Below are positions 1 to 10,140 of a stretch of 64,000 bases of DNA, in pieces. The position numbers and the translations under genes are program-made. Positions within the stretch are counted from its first letter, which is position 1. Every line of letters starts with the position of its first letter. The notes under the pieces are model-generated. The model was not told the origin of the DNA. It saw nothing but the letters and a program-made list of their open reading frames with translations, and searched no databases. Source of the DNA: Bacilli bacterium (GTDB taxonomy: Bacteria > Bacillota_I > Bacilli_A > RF39 > UBA660). The DNA is taken from assembly GCA_017435485.1 (NCBI GenBank), contig JAFSEY010000011.1:3442-67441 (forward strand), written 5' to 3'.

Positions 1-697
1 TAATTATTTAAAAGAAATTAATGTTAATGTTACAGAAAAAGAGTTATCTTTATTAGAAAAATATTATGAATATTTAGTTGAATATAATTCTCATACCAAT
101 TTGACATCAATTACTGACAAAGACTTAGTTTATCTAAAACACTTTTATGATAGTATATCAGTAGCACAAAGTTATGATTTTACTAAAGAATTAAAAGTCT
201 TAGATATAGGAACAGGTGCTGGGTTTCCTGGAGTAATTTTAAAAATATTTTTTCCAAAATTAGAATTAGTTTTACTAGATTCTAATAATAAAAAGACAAC
301 ATTCTTAATAAACTTAATAGAAAAGCTTGGATTAGAAAATGTTACAGTTGTTAACGATCGAGCTGAAAATTATATAAAGCAAAATAGAGAAAGCTTTGAT
401 ATCGTTATTTCAAGAGCCGTTGCTAATACGGCAATTTTACTAGAACTTGGTATTCCATTTTTGAAAGTAGGGGGAAACTTAATTGTGATGAAAGCAAGTA
501 GTGAAGTTACCAACAAAGAACTAGATAATAGCAAGAATACATTGCCAATCCTAAAAACAAAACTCATAAACAAAAAAAGTTTTCTTTTACCGGTTGAAAA
601 CAGCCAAAGAACAATAATTATTTTTAAGAAAAATGATGTAACAGATTCTAAGTATCCTAGAAGCTATGATAAAATTCTTAAAAAGCCATTGAAATAA
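1..697 (+). CDS. rsmG: 16S rRNA m7G527 methyltransferase RsmG (GidB), 5'-truncated by the window edge
   Basis: Frame is open from position 2 (NYLKEINVN...HTNLTSI). Motifs KHFYDS, LDIGTGAGFPG, SRAVA, YPR. Confidence 0.95.
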   Translation, partial: NYLKEINVNVTEKELSLLEKYYEYLVEYNSHTNLTSITDKDLVYLKHFYDSISVAQSYDFTKELKVLDIGTGAGFPGVILKIFFPKLELVLLDSNNKKTTFLINLIEKLGLENVTVVNDRAENYIKQNRESFDIVISRAVANTAILLELGIPFLKVGGNLIVMKASSEVTNKELDNSKNTLPILKTKLINKKSFLLPVENSQRTIIIFKKNDVTDSKYPRSYDKILKKPLK

Positions 698-738
698 AAT
701 GTAAAACGCGCTAAAATGACATTAGAATAAGAAAGGGT

Positions 739-1884
739 TTGATATATGTGAATCATACAGGTAGTGTAATTCAAATACCTATTGAGGATATTATTCCTAA
801 TAGATTTCAACCACGTATTGCTTTTGATGAAAAAGCCTTACAAGATTTAGCAAATTCTATCAAACAACATGGTATCATCCAACCCTTAGTTGTACGTAGA
901 TTAGGCGATAAATATGAAATAATAGCTGGAGAAAGAAGATATAAGGCTTCACAATTAGCAGGACTTATTTCCGTGCCAGCAATCTTAACTGATATAGATG
1001 ATCAAACTAGTGCTGAAGTAGCATTAGTTGAAAATGTTCAAAGAAAAGATCTAACTGCCATTGAAGAAGCAAGAAGTTATAAAAATATTTTAGATAAAGG
1101 TAGTATGACTCAAGAAGAGTTAGCTAAAAAGATGGGAGTATCTCAATCAGCTATTGCCAATAAATTGCGTCTTTTAAATTTAGCAGAAGAAGTTCAAGAT
1201 GCTTTATTAGAAGGGAAAATTTCGGAAAGACATGCCAGAAGTTTATTATTGGCAGCAAATCAAGCAAGACAAGTAGAATTATTAAATAGAACAGTTGAAG
1301 AACGTCTTACTGTTAGACAGTTAGATATGATAATTAAAGAAGAAAATCATTCTGCTAATGATGATATTATAGAAGATGTTCCTTTAGTGAACATAGAACA
1401 AGATTTAGAAGAGATGAAATCTAATGCAACTGATATTAATCCAATAAATTTAGACCTTGAACTTTCTAGTTTAGAAACAAAAGAAGAAATAATTCCTAAG
1501 GAAGAAGAATTACCAATTAATGCAAAACCGAAGTTTTTTAACTTTTTAGACAGCGCTCCAAAAATAGAGGAAATAAATTCTTCATTATCAAGTTTTGAAA
1601 AATCAGAACCTGAAGATTTAATAAGTGAACTATCTAACTTTGAACCAACTACTCCACTAGAAATGCTAATTGAACCATCAATTGTAGAAGAAGAAATAGA
1701 AACATTGGATGATGATATTTCTATATTTAATACAGAAAAACCAATAGAAGAAAACGATCTAGTTGACAAGATAAATAAAGTAAGAAATCTAATTAATGAA
1801 ATTAATATAGATGACAAAATTAAAATCGAAGAAATAGATTTAGATAGTTCATATCAAATAAATATAACTATTACAAAAAATTAA
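739..1884 (+). CDS. noc: ParB/Spo0J-family protein, probably nucleoid occlusion protein Noc, with long acidic C-terminal extension
   Basis: PNRFQPR, GIIQPLVVR, IIAGERRYKA and HTH (TQEELAKKMGVSQSAIANKLRLL). Directly downstream of rsmG, the position of noc in Bacilli. Start may be GTG 748. Confidence 0.75.
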   Translation: MIYVNHTGSVIQIPIEDIIPNRFQPRIAFDEKALQDLANSIKQHGIIQPLVVRRLGDKYEIIAGERRYKASQLAGLISVPAILTDIDDQTSAEVALVENVQRKDLTAIEEARSYKNILDKGSMTQEELAKKMGVSQSAIANKLRLLNLAEEVQDALLEGKISERHARSLLLAANQARQVELLNRTVEERLTVRQLDMIIKEENHSANDDIIEDVPLVNIEQDLEEMKSNATDINPINLDLELSSLETKEEIIPKEEELPINAKPKFFNFLDSAPKIEEINSSLSSFEKSEPEDLISELSNFEPTTPLEMLIEPSIVEEEIETLDDDISIFNTEKPIEENDLVDKINKVRNLINEINIDDKIKIEEIDLDSSYQINITITKN

Positions 1885-1889
1885 GGAAG

Positions 1890-3827
1890 CTATTCAAAAT
1901 TAGCTTCCATTTCTTTAAATACTAAATTTTCACTACCTTTAACATAATAATATAAAGCAGCTTTTTTTTCGTCAGAAACAACGTCTCCTGTTATTGCGTC
2001 TTTTAGGGTAGCAACAACGTTTTTGGGTTTCTCATACCAAGTAGTTTCTTTATCTTTCATATAGCTTTCAACAGAATCTGCCCAAATATTTTTAGTATAC
2101 ATATTCTCGCTTCTAGATACCTCTCTGTTATCATCATAACCAACCCAAACCATCATCATCACATCAGGATTATAACCAGCAATCCAATAATCGGTGTTAG
2201 TAGTTCCTGTTTTTATCGCATACTTGTTAGTTAGTTTACCTTTAATAGAAAGTGCCGATGGAACAGTATAATCTGAAAAAACACTATTAGAAGTATTACA
2301 TAGCATTTCACTTAAAATATAAGAATAATTAGGGTTTAAAACTAGTTCGCTATCATCTTTAAATTCATATAAAACATTTCCATTAACATCCTCTATTTTT
2401 CTAATTAAATGAACATCTTTTTGATAACCACCACTAGCGAAAGTTGTATATCCATTAGCATAATCAATCATAGATAGTTCACTTGTACCCAAAGCTAAAG
2501 AAATGACAGGATTTAAATCGCCTTTAATTCCTGTTCTTAGAGCAACTTCAATCATTGTTTCTGGCCCCAAAAACAAATTAGTTTTAATAGCATAAATATT
2601 ATCAGATAAAGCTATAGCAGTAGCCATAGAAATATTTTTATTAGCATATTGATTATCATAATTGTTAGGCGAATATACTTGGCCATTAGCTAAGTTAAAA
2701 TTAGTTTTTTCACTTGTAAATGTTGTTGAAGAAATAAAATCATTCTCTAAAGCAGCATAATAAAGAAAACTTTTCATAGTAGAACCAACTTGTCTTTTGG
2801 CTTTAGTTGCGCGATTAAATTGACTTAAAGAATAATCTCTGCCACCACTCATAGCTAAAACCCCACCAGTATTAGGATCAACCATTAAACTAGCTACTTG
2901 TATATCACTTTCTGTGATATTATTATTTATAGCTTTTTCCATACTATTTTGGGCTTCCGGATCAAAATAAGTATATATTTTTAGACCTTTAGAAGTTATT
3001 AAAGAGGTAGGGATTTCTTTAATAGTATTTAATTCTTCTAAAACAGCATCATTATAATACATAATCATTTTTAAATTATCATCGTCATTAGCTCCTTTAA
3101 TATTAATTGGATTTACAAATAAATCATTTAAAGTACTTGCATTTAGTTTATCATTATTAACCATCGCATTAGCAACCATCTTTGCTCTTTCTATACATTT
3201 TTCATAATTGCTAACAGGATTATAATTAGACGGGTTTTTAGGAATACCTGCTAAAACAATTGCTTCCTCTAAAGATAACTCGCTAGGTTCTTTTCCAAAA
3301 TAATAACGACTTGCATTAGTAATTCCGTAATTTCCCTGACCATAATTAATAGTATTTAAGTAACCTTCTAGTATCTCATCTTTACTAAAATGCACTTCTA
3401 ATTGCAAGGTTAAAAAAGCTTCCTCAATTTTTCTTTTCCAAGTTTTATCAAAATCTAAATATAAATTTTTAATGTATTGTTGAGAAATAGTTGAAGCCCC
3501 TTGAACAATCGATTTATTTTTAATATTTTCAAACATAGCTTTAGCAATTCTTAAATAATCAAAGCCTTGATGAGAATAAAAATTTTTATCTTCAATGCTA
3601 ATAACAGCATCAATTAAATAAGGACTTATATCAGTTAATTTAGTCCAATCGCTATTAGAACCTTTAGAAATAACCATCTCATCTTTATCATAAATTTGAA
3701 TATTATTTGAAGATTTTATATCTAAAGAAGGCGAAATATAAGCATAAGCATACAAACCCATCATTATAACTACAAAAGCAATAAATCCAAATACACAAGT
3801 TTTTATCGTCCAATTAATAAATTTCAT
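1890..3827 (-). CDS. Class A penicillin-binding protein (transglycosylase/transpeptidase), PbpG-like
   Basis: N-terminal TM; GT51 motifs EDKNFYSHQG, GASTISQQYIKN, RKIEE; TP motifs STMK, SDN, KTG. Confidence 0.9.
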   Translation of the reverse strand: MKFINWTIKTCVFGFIAFVVIMMGLYAYAYISPSLDIKSSNNIQIYDKDEMVISKGSNSDWTKLTDISPYLIDAVISIEDKNFYSHQGFDYLRIAKAMFENIKNKSIVQGASTISQQYIKNLYLDFDKTWKRKIEEAFLTLQLEVHFSKDEILEGYLNTINYGQGNYGITNASRYYFGKEPSELSLEEAIVLAGIPKNPSNYNPVSNYEKCIERAKMVANAMVNNDKLNASTLNDLFVNPINIKGANDDDNLKMIMYYNDAVLEELNTIKEIPTSLITSKGLKIYTYFDPEAQNSMEKAINNNITESDIQVASLMVDPNTGGVLAMSGGRDYSLSQFNRATKAKRQVGSTMKSFLYYAALENDFISSTTFTSEKTNFNLANGQVYSPNNYDNQYANKNISMATAIALSDNIYAIKTNLFLGPETMIEVALRTGIKGDLNPVISLALGTSELSMIDYANGYTTFASGGYQKDVHLIRKIEDVNGNVLYEFKDDSELVLNPNYSYILSEMLCNTSNSVFSDYTVPSALSIKGKLTNKYAIKTGTTNTDYWIAGYNPDVMMMVWVGYDDNREVSRSENMYTKNIWADSVESYMKDKETTWYEKPKNVVATLKDAITGDVVSDEKKAALYYYVKGSENLVFKEMEANFE

Positions 3828-3890
3828 GTTTTCACCTATTTGTTATTATGATAAATAAAAATTAAAATATAAGTAGGAAAAAACTTTTTC

Positions 3891-3919
3891 TTGACAGAGG
3901 GGGGGGGTCATTATATACT
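3891..3919 (+). promoter_or_regulatory. sigmaA-type promoter with G9 homopolymer in the spacer
   Basis: TTGACA (3891-3896), 17-nt spacer containing G9 (3899-3907), TATACT (3914-3919); RBS GAGGGG before ATG 3944. Confidence 0.75.
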
Positions 3920-3943
3920 ATATATCCGAAATGAGGGGATGTT

Positions 3944-4639
3944 ATGGAAAAACAAAGAATAAAAATTGAGGCAGAGATTATGGAAAATATTAAACCGTTT
4001 GCAGAAAGAATGTTTAATGTTGCTAAACAAGGCTATATTGTAGAAGCCGAATTTAATAAAATGCATCTTAGCACTGAAGGATTTAATAATGCCGACGAAA
4101 TGCTAGCTGATCTTTATAAAAAAGAACAAGAAAAGGAAGAAAAATTTAAAAATTCACCGGAATATGAACAACTGTGTCAAAGGGTGGCAGCTGAAGTAGA
4201 AGCAGAATTTCAACAAGGAGAACAAGTAGTTGCTAAGTTTACAACGCTTGATTTTGATTCAATCGATTCAATAGTTACTTGGTTTTTAGAATTGGCGTCT
4301 TGTCGAGAATTTTATGTCCGCCATTATAAAATCGTAGAGCAGTTGAAAGAAAAAGGTTTTCTTCCATTATCAGAATTAACAATAGATTATAATATGACGG
4401 CCAAAGAGTATATCGAAGTATGTCCTAATTTAGATGAAGTTGGGAAATATGTAATTAGTCGAGCAATGGAATCCATAATTCAACTTGGATTTGTAAGTGA
4501 CCACGAAGCTCCATTTATGAAAGCATATTTGTTAAGAAGCGGTAATAAAAAAGAGCAATCATTAAGTAGAAAGAATTCAAAATTAAATAAAAAAGGCAGG
4601 GGTATTAATGGAAACACTAAAAAACCAATTGAAAAATAA
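3944..4639 (+). CDS. Hypothetical protein (orphan)
   Basis: 231-aa ORF with promoter and RBS; no family recognised. Confidence 0.7.
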   Translation: MEKQRIKIEAEIMENIKPFAERMFNVAKQGYIVEAEFNKMHLSTEGFNNADEMLADLYKKEQEKEEKFKNSPEYEQLCQRVAAEVEAEFQQGEQVVAKFTTLDFDSIDSIVTWFLELASCREFYVRHYKIVEQLKEKGFLPLSELTIDYNMTAKEYIEVCPNLDEVGKYVISRAMESIIQLGFVSDHEAPFMKAYLLRSGNKKEQSLSRKNSKLNKKGRGINGNTKKPIEK

Positions 4640-5540
4640 TTCTAAAAGAAAAGCATTTAATTATTATAAATCTTTAGATGATTATGTTTTAAATGGATAT
4701 TATAAAAATGTAAATAAAGACGTAGAAAAAGAATATGTTGAGTTATTCAATTTATTGTGTAAACTAATTGAAATAAGCAATATAATAAAAACAAAAGAAA
4801 TCGAAATTGATGAAATTAAAGATGAAATATCTGATAGCATAAAAATTCGCGAAAACCATCATCAATTAAAAGTGGAATTTTTTGCTTTAATTAAACTTAT
4901 AAATTACAAAAAATCATTAGATGAGTCAAAAGATTTAACAAAATTAAGACAGCAATATAAAGAAATCCATGAATCAATTAAAAAAAATAGAGAAGCGTTA
5001 GCTGAATTAAAAGATGAATCAGATTTAGACACAAGCATTCAGTTATTAAATAATTATCAAGAACAATTTATAAATATAATAAATTCATTAAGAAATTTAG
5101 CGTTAAGTTCTGATCCTTTAATTGTAAATTATTCAGGGTTTATAAGAACGGATATTTCTCAAAGCTTAATAAGATATAAATGGATTCAAAAAGATTTAAT
5201 TGGTATAATGATCGAAAAAAACGCAAAATTAAAAGAGGCAATGTATTGTTATGTCCGTAATTTAATACCAAAAATTATTGAACGTTTTGACAAAAATGAA
5301 AAGTGTTTAACAGACGAAGAAAAAAACAAGATTTTCATGATATCATCAATAGAAAATCAGTTAGATGTAAATTTATTGCATGTAAATAAAGCTGATTTTG
5401 GTTTGGATGAAGAATGCACTCGTATATATCAAAATTGGATAAGAGAATATATTGCTGTTTGTCAAATAACAATTGATTATTTAAACAAAGGTTTTATTTC
5501 TATTGAAAATCATAAACGAGTATTAAAACAAATGTCATAA
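4608..5540 (+). CDS. Hypothetical coiled-coil protein, paralog 1 of local triplet
   Basis: 310 aa; shares YYKNVNKDVE and YSGFIRTDI blocks with the next two ORFs. Confidence 0.75.
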   Translation: METLKNQLKNNSKRKAFNYYKSLDDYVLNGYYKNVNKDVEKEYVELFNLLCKLIEISNIIKTKEIEIDEIKDEISDSIKIRENHHQLKVEFFALIKLINYKKSLDESKDLTKLRQQYKEIHESIKKNREALAELKDESDLDTSIQLLNNYQEQFINIINSLRNLALSSDPLIVNYSGFIRTDISQSLIRYKWIQKDLIGIMIEKNAKLKEAMYCYVRNLIPKIIERFDKNEKCLTDEEKNKIFMISSIENQLDVNLLHVNKADFGLDEECTRIYQNWIREYIAVCQITIDYLNKGFISIENHKRVLKQMS

Positions 5541-5610
5541 GCAATTATGATATTTTTTCTTTACAAATAATAAATTTGTAATATAATATCTAAAACAAGG
5601 GGAAAGATAT

Positions 5611-6585
5611 ATGAAAACTTTAAAAGAAGGAATAGCTTTAGATATAGAATCAAACAATGAAATTTTCTTTATCGATAAATTATGCTTAATAGAACAGGTT
5701 TTAGATGTATATTATAAATATGTTAATGATGATCTTGAAGACAACATTGCAAACCTTTTTGATGAAATACTGAAGGCTTATCAATTAAGTGAAAAGCTAT
5801 GTAAAACAATTATGAGTATTCCTGATATAAAACAAGATATAAAACAAAGAAAAGAATTAAAAGCCAAACTTGATGATATTTTAAAAGTCATTAAGCGACA
5901 TGCAGCAAAAATTCCAAATGGAAACACACAAAAAGAAGTTTTAGGGGAATTGCAAAATATACATGCATTACATTTTTCTTATAATGACATTAATGCTGAT
6001 TACATAAATAGAGCAGATGAAGAATCATTAGAATTAGCTGAAAAAAACATAGATTTTATCAAAAATATTTTAAATAACAAAGCAGAATCCATAAATGTAT
6101 GTCAAGAATATTTAGAAACGCCGATGACAGAATACTATGGATTTATAAGAAGTGAATTTAATAATAATTTTATATTTGGTTCATATTTACAAAAAGATTT
6201 TTTAGGAAATCTATTATCTCTTAAAGCAAAATTGTTTTCTAATACTATAGAATTTTTACAAGAAGCATCAAAAATATTGATAAATAACATTAATGACAAT
6301 AAATATCCAATTTTATCAGAAGATTATATAAATAAAATTTATTTATTAGCTGATTGCAGCAATAGTATAGATACTAACATAACAAGATTAATTAATATAA
6401 TTAGAAGTAATGAAGTAATAAACAAATCAAGTATTTATACCGACATAAATAGTTTAATAAATAAAACTAATGCAGCCTTAATTTATGTTAGAGACGGTGT
6501 AAAAAATGAAGAAATATTAAAAGACGATATGATGAGTTATCAAAGAAAATTAAAATACAGATATGATAAGGAGAAAAATCAATGA
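5611..6585 (+). CDS. Hypothetical coiled-coil protein, paralog 2 of local triplet
   Basis: 324 aa; YYKYVNDDLE and YYGFIRSEF blocks. Confidence 0.75.
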   Translation: MKTLKEGIALDIESNNEIFFIDKLCLIEQVLDVYYKYVNDDLEDNIANLFDEILKAYQLSEKLCKTIMSIPDIKQDIKQRKELKAKLDDILKVIKRHAAKIPNGNTQKEVLGELQNIHALHFSYNDINADYINRADEESLELAEKNIDFIKNILNNKAESINVCQEYLETPMTEYYGFIRSEFNNNFIFGSYLQKDFLGNLLSLKAKLFSNTIEFLQEASKILINNINDNKYPILSEDYINKIYLLADCSNSIDTNITRLINIIRSNEVINKSSIYTDINSLINKTNAALIYVRDGVKNEEILKDDMMSYQRKLKYRYDKEKNQ

Positions 6586-7601
6586 AAACATTTAAGACAA
6601 TTATAGAACAAAATGAAAAATACAGCACTGATAATAATACTCTATATATAGATCAAGTAATTAAAGAAGCTTATTATAACCAAGTTAGTAGTGATTTAGA
6701 AGATGCTTATTGTAAATTATTAGATGCGTTAGTTAAATATTCAAATTTATTAAATAAATTAAACAATCAAAGACAAAGAATAATTGATATAAATAATCAA
6801 TTCAGAGAATTTAACTCTAAACATCATCAAAATGTTTTATTAAAAGATAAAATAAACAAATTAAATACAGAAATAAGTAGTTTATCTAACGAAGATAATC
6901 TAACTAAAGATGCTATACTTAAAATACAAAGTTTGAGAAAAGAGAGAAATACATTGGAAAACACTATGTATCAAAATCTAGCATATATGGATGAATGTGC
7001 AACAGTACCTGTTCTTGAAAAAGCTAAGAAAGAAGAACAGGTAACAGTTAAAAAAATTAATGAATTATTAAGACTCATTTCAACTATTATTAACAATTAT
7101 TTGAGTCAAAACAAAAAGCCATTAATTTCTGGATATTCAGGGATAATACGTACTGATATAACTAATAATTTACCAAAAGAATCTTTATCCAAAAGAGTTC
7201 AATTAAGTAATTTAGTAGTTGCATATGCAGACCTTATGGAAAGTTTATGTCCTAAATTAATTAATATAGGTAATAGTATTATAAACCACCAAAAAGGAAT
7301 GTATAATGAGTTACCTTATGAAGAAGTTACGATGCTAAATATAATTAATACTCTAAGTTACGAATATTTAAGTTATTTACAAAGAGTTTTATTAACATTT
7401 AAAACAGATAATTTTTCTATAGATGGAGAACTTGAAAATAAGATAATGCTTTTAGAAATTGCTAAAGAATATATGAAAAATGGTCATTTTGATGAAGAAA
7501 AAGTAAAATCAACAAGTACATATTACAATAAGCGTTTTGGTATAACACCGCAAGTTGCTTATGATTTCTATACATTATCAAGAGCAAAAAAAGGAAATTA
7601 A
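6582..7601 (+). CDS. Hypothetical coiled-coil protein, paralog 3 of local triplet
   Basis: 339 aa; YYNQVSSDLE and YSGIIRTDI blocks; ATGA overlap with the previous gene. Confidence 0.75.
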   Translation: MKTFKTIIEQNEKYSTDNNTLYIDQVIKEAYYNQVSSDLEDAYCKLLDALVKYSNLLNKLNNQRQRIIDINNQFREFNSKHHQNVLLKDKINKLNTEISSLSNEDNLTKDAILKIQSLRKERNTLENTMYQNLAYMDECATVPVLEKAKKEEQVTVKKINELLRLISTIINNYLSQNKKPLISGYSGIIRTDITNNLPKESLSKRVQLSNLVVAYADLMESLCPKLINIGNSIINHQKGMYNELPYEEVTMLNIINTLSYEYLSYLQRVLLTFKTDNFSIDGELENKIMLLEIAKEYMKNGHFDEEKVKSTSTYYNKRFGITPQVAYDFYTLSRAKKGN

Positions 7602-7630
7602 TGAAGTCAGTAAATTGATTTCATTTTTTT
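7600..7630 (+). terminator. Probable intrinsic terminator
   Basis: AATGAAGTCAG-TAAA-TTGATTTCATT followed by a T-run after the 7601 stop. Confidence 0.55.
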
Positions 7631-7697
7631 AAATAATTCTTTAAGTTTAGTATCTAACATGTTATAATGTTCTAGAAAAAAAGAAGGTGTAGTTTTT

Positions 7698-8051
7698 ATA
7701 AAAGTATTTGATTGGGATTTTTATCATGATGATGAGTTAATTGAAAGTTATAAAAATATCGAAATTACTAAAGACAATTATTATAAAGTAAATGAAGAAA
7801 TAACTTTTATTAATTCTAAAGAAGAAAAATCATTAATAAAATATGGAGATGAATATGTATTTAAAATAGATTTTAATAATAAGACTTCATCTATTAAATT
7901 AAATAATTACAATTATGAAGCAGATATAAATGTCAAGAAAAGTCTTGTTAAAATTGAAAATAATATTATAATAATCGAATATGAATTAGAAACAGATGAA
8001 TGTTTAAATAAAATAGTTATTACCAGAAGGGAAGATAATAATGAAAAGTAA
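7698..8051 (+). CDS. Small beta-rich protein, probably YwiB/DUF1934-like; non-canonical (ATA) start; absent from the ORF track
   Basis: Stop-free 117-codon frame IKVFDWDFYHDDEL...IEYELETDECLNKIVITRREDNNEK* overlapping the argS start; AAGGTG RBS 8 nt upstream of ATA; ywiB precedes argS in Bacillus. Confidence 0.6.
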   Translation: MKVFDWDFYHDDELIESYKNIEITKDNYYKVNEEITFINSKEEKSLIKYGDEYVFKIDFNNKTSSIKLNNYNYEADINVKKSLVKIENNIIIIEYELETDECLNKIVITRREDNNEK

Positions 8052-9648
8052 ATTAATCGAGGCTATTAAAAAAACTTTAGAAGATCTAGATATTACTTAT
8101 ACTAATGAAATAGAAATATCAGAACCAAAAGATAAAGAAAATGGCCAATTTTCCACAAATGTTGCTATGAAATTAGCTAGCTTATTAAAAGAAAATCCAT
8201 TAAATATTGCTAATAAAATAACGGATAATTTAAGTTGTGAAAATATTTCTAAAATTGAAGTTAAAGCACCTGGTTTTATTAATTTCTTTGTTGATGAAGA
8301 TTATTTGTTTAATATGATTAATGAAATAATAAAATTAGGAAATGATTATGGACGTAGTGATATTGGAAATGGTCAAAGTTATAATATTGAATTTGTCAGT
8401 GCAAACCCAACGGGAATCTTACATTTAGGAAACGCTCGCGGTGGAGCTTATGGGGATTCTTTAGCAAGAATCTTAGATTTTGCGGGATATGATGTTGTAA
8501 AAGAATATTATATTAACGATGCTGGTTCGCAAATAGATAATTTAGGTCTTTCTATTCAAGCTCGTTATTTTGGGCTATGTGGCAAAGAAGAAATAATGCC
8601 TGAAAATGGTTATCATGGCCCAGAAATACTAGAAATGGCTAAAGAAATTTATGATATTCATAAAGAAGCTTGGTTAAATGAACCTCTAGAGTCATTTAAA
8701 GAAGTTGGTGTAAAAAAATTATTATCAAGAATTATTAATGATTTAGAAGAATATGGTATTAAATATGATGTCTTTACTAGCGAAAAAGATATTTATCAAA
8801 AATATTCTTTAAAAGATATAGTTGATAATATGCAAAAAAACGGCTATACTTATGAACAAGACGGAGCTATATGGTTTAAATCAACTTCGTTTTATGATAG
8901 TAAAGATCATGTTTTAATAAGAAATGACGGAAACTATACTTACTTAGTACCTGATATTGCTAATCATATTAATAAATACCAAAGAGGATTTACGAAAATG
9001 ATCGACGTATTAGGAACTGATCATCATGGATATGTTGCTAGATTAAAAGGTGCTTTAAAAGCTAATGGATATGATGATAGCAAACTTGATGTTAAATTAT
9101 TACAATTAGTTAGATTAATGAATGGTGAAGAAATTGTTAGAATGAGTAAAAGAACCGGAAACACTATTACTTTAAAAGATCTGATTGATGAAGTCGGTGT
9201 TAATGCAGCAAGATATTTCTTTACAATGCATAGCTTAGATACGCAAATGGATTTTGATATGGAATTAGCCAAGAAAAATAGTAGCGAAAACCCAGTTTAT
9301 TATGTATCTTACGCATATGCTAGAATATGTACTATATTAAATAGTCAAAAAGATGTTAAGGTAACAAGTTATGATAACATCAAAGATCAAGACACTATAG
9401 ATTTATTATCAGTAGTTCATAAGTTCCCACAAGTTGTAGCTTCTGCAGCGCAAAAAGAACTTCCTCATCTAATAACAAACTATGTTTATGAGTTAGCTAA
9501 TAATTTCCACGCTTATTATTCACGTCATCGTCTTATTACTGAGGATGAAAATAAAACTGCTGAAAATATGAATTTAATTAAAGCGGTAAAAATTACTATA
9601 AAAAATGCTTTAAATTTAATTGGTGTAGAACCACCTGAAAAAATGTAG
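8041..9648 (+). CDS. argS: Arginine--tRNA ligase
   Basis: EFVSANPTGILHLGNARG (HIGH motif), MSKRTG, NPVYYVSYAYAR. Confidence 0.97.
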   Translation: MKSKLIEAIKKTLEDLDITYTNEIEISEPKDKENGQFSTNVAMKLASLLKENPLNIANKITDNLSCENISKIEVKAPGFINFFVDEDYLFNMINEIIKLGNDYGRSDIGNGQSYNIEFVSANPTGILHLGNARGGAYGDSLARILDFAGYDVVKEYYINDAGSQIDNLGLSIQARYFGLCGKEEIMPENGYHGPEILEMAKEIYDIHKEAWLNEPLESFKEVGVKKLLSRIINDLEEYGIKYDVFTSEKDIYQKYSLKDIVDNMQKNGYTYEQDGAIWFKSTSFYDSKDHVLIRNDGNYTYLVPDIANHINKYQRGFTKMIDVLGTDHHGYVARLKGALKANGYDDSKLDVKLLQLVRLMNGEEIVRMSKRTGNTITLKDLIDEVGVNAARYFFTMHSLDTQMDFDMELAKKNSSENPVYYVSYAYARICTILNSQKDVKVTSYDNIKDQDTIDLLSVVHKFPQVVASAAQKELPHLITNYVYELANNFHAYYSRHRLITEDENKTAENMNLIKAVKITIKNALNLIGVEPPEKM

Positions 9649-9657
9649 GAGGATATT

Positions 9658-10092
9658 ATGAGCTTAAAAGATTATAAAAAAGAAGAATTACAAAATATGG
9701 GTTATGATGATTTAGCGGCATTAGTTTTAGAAGATGCTGGTAAACAAATGAAAATAATGGATATTTTTGGAAAGATAAATGAAATATTAGAATTATCACC
9801 AAGTGAATATGAAAATAGAATCGGTGATTTCTTTGAGCTTCTTTCAACTGATAAAAAGTTTATCATGGTTGATAATGGATTTTGGGATTTAAGAAGTAAA
9901 CATGCCCCAAAAATCGTTGTTGATGAAGAAGATGATACAGAAGATTTAGTTGAAGACGATGTTCTAGACGAAGAAGAAACAGAAGAAGAAAAAGATATTT
10001 TCTATGAAATCGATGATAACGATGACGAAGCTGATGATGATTTGAAAGACTTAGTTATTGTTGATGGTGATGAAGAGGAGCAAACTTTATAG
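9658..10092 (+). CDS. rpoE: RNA polymerase delta subunit
   Basis: N-terminal domain ending in DKKF...WDLR and a highly acidic tail; Bacillus-like position after argS. Confidence 0.85.
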   Translation: MSLKDYKKEELQNMGYDDLAALVLEDAGKQMKIMDIFGKINEILELSPSEYENRIGDFFELLSTDKKFIMVDNGFWDLRSKHAPKIVVDEEDDTEDLVEDDVLDEEETEEEKDIFYEIDDNDDEADDDLKDLVIVDGDEEEQTL

Positions 10093-10140
10093 CTGCTTCT
10101 TTTTGCATTTTAAAAATAGAATAGACAAGGAATGATTTAA

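Noticed and set aside
7602-8040. T-box riboswitch upstream of argS
   Set aside because: No T-box consensus (AGGGTGGNACCGCG) or GC-rich stems; the space is occupied by an open reading frame.
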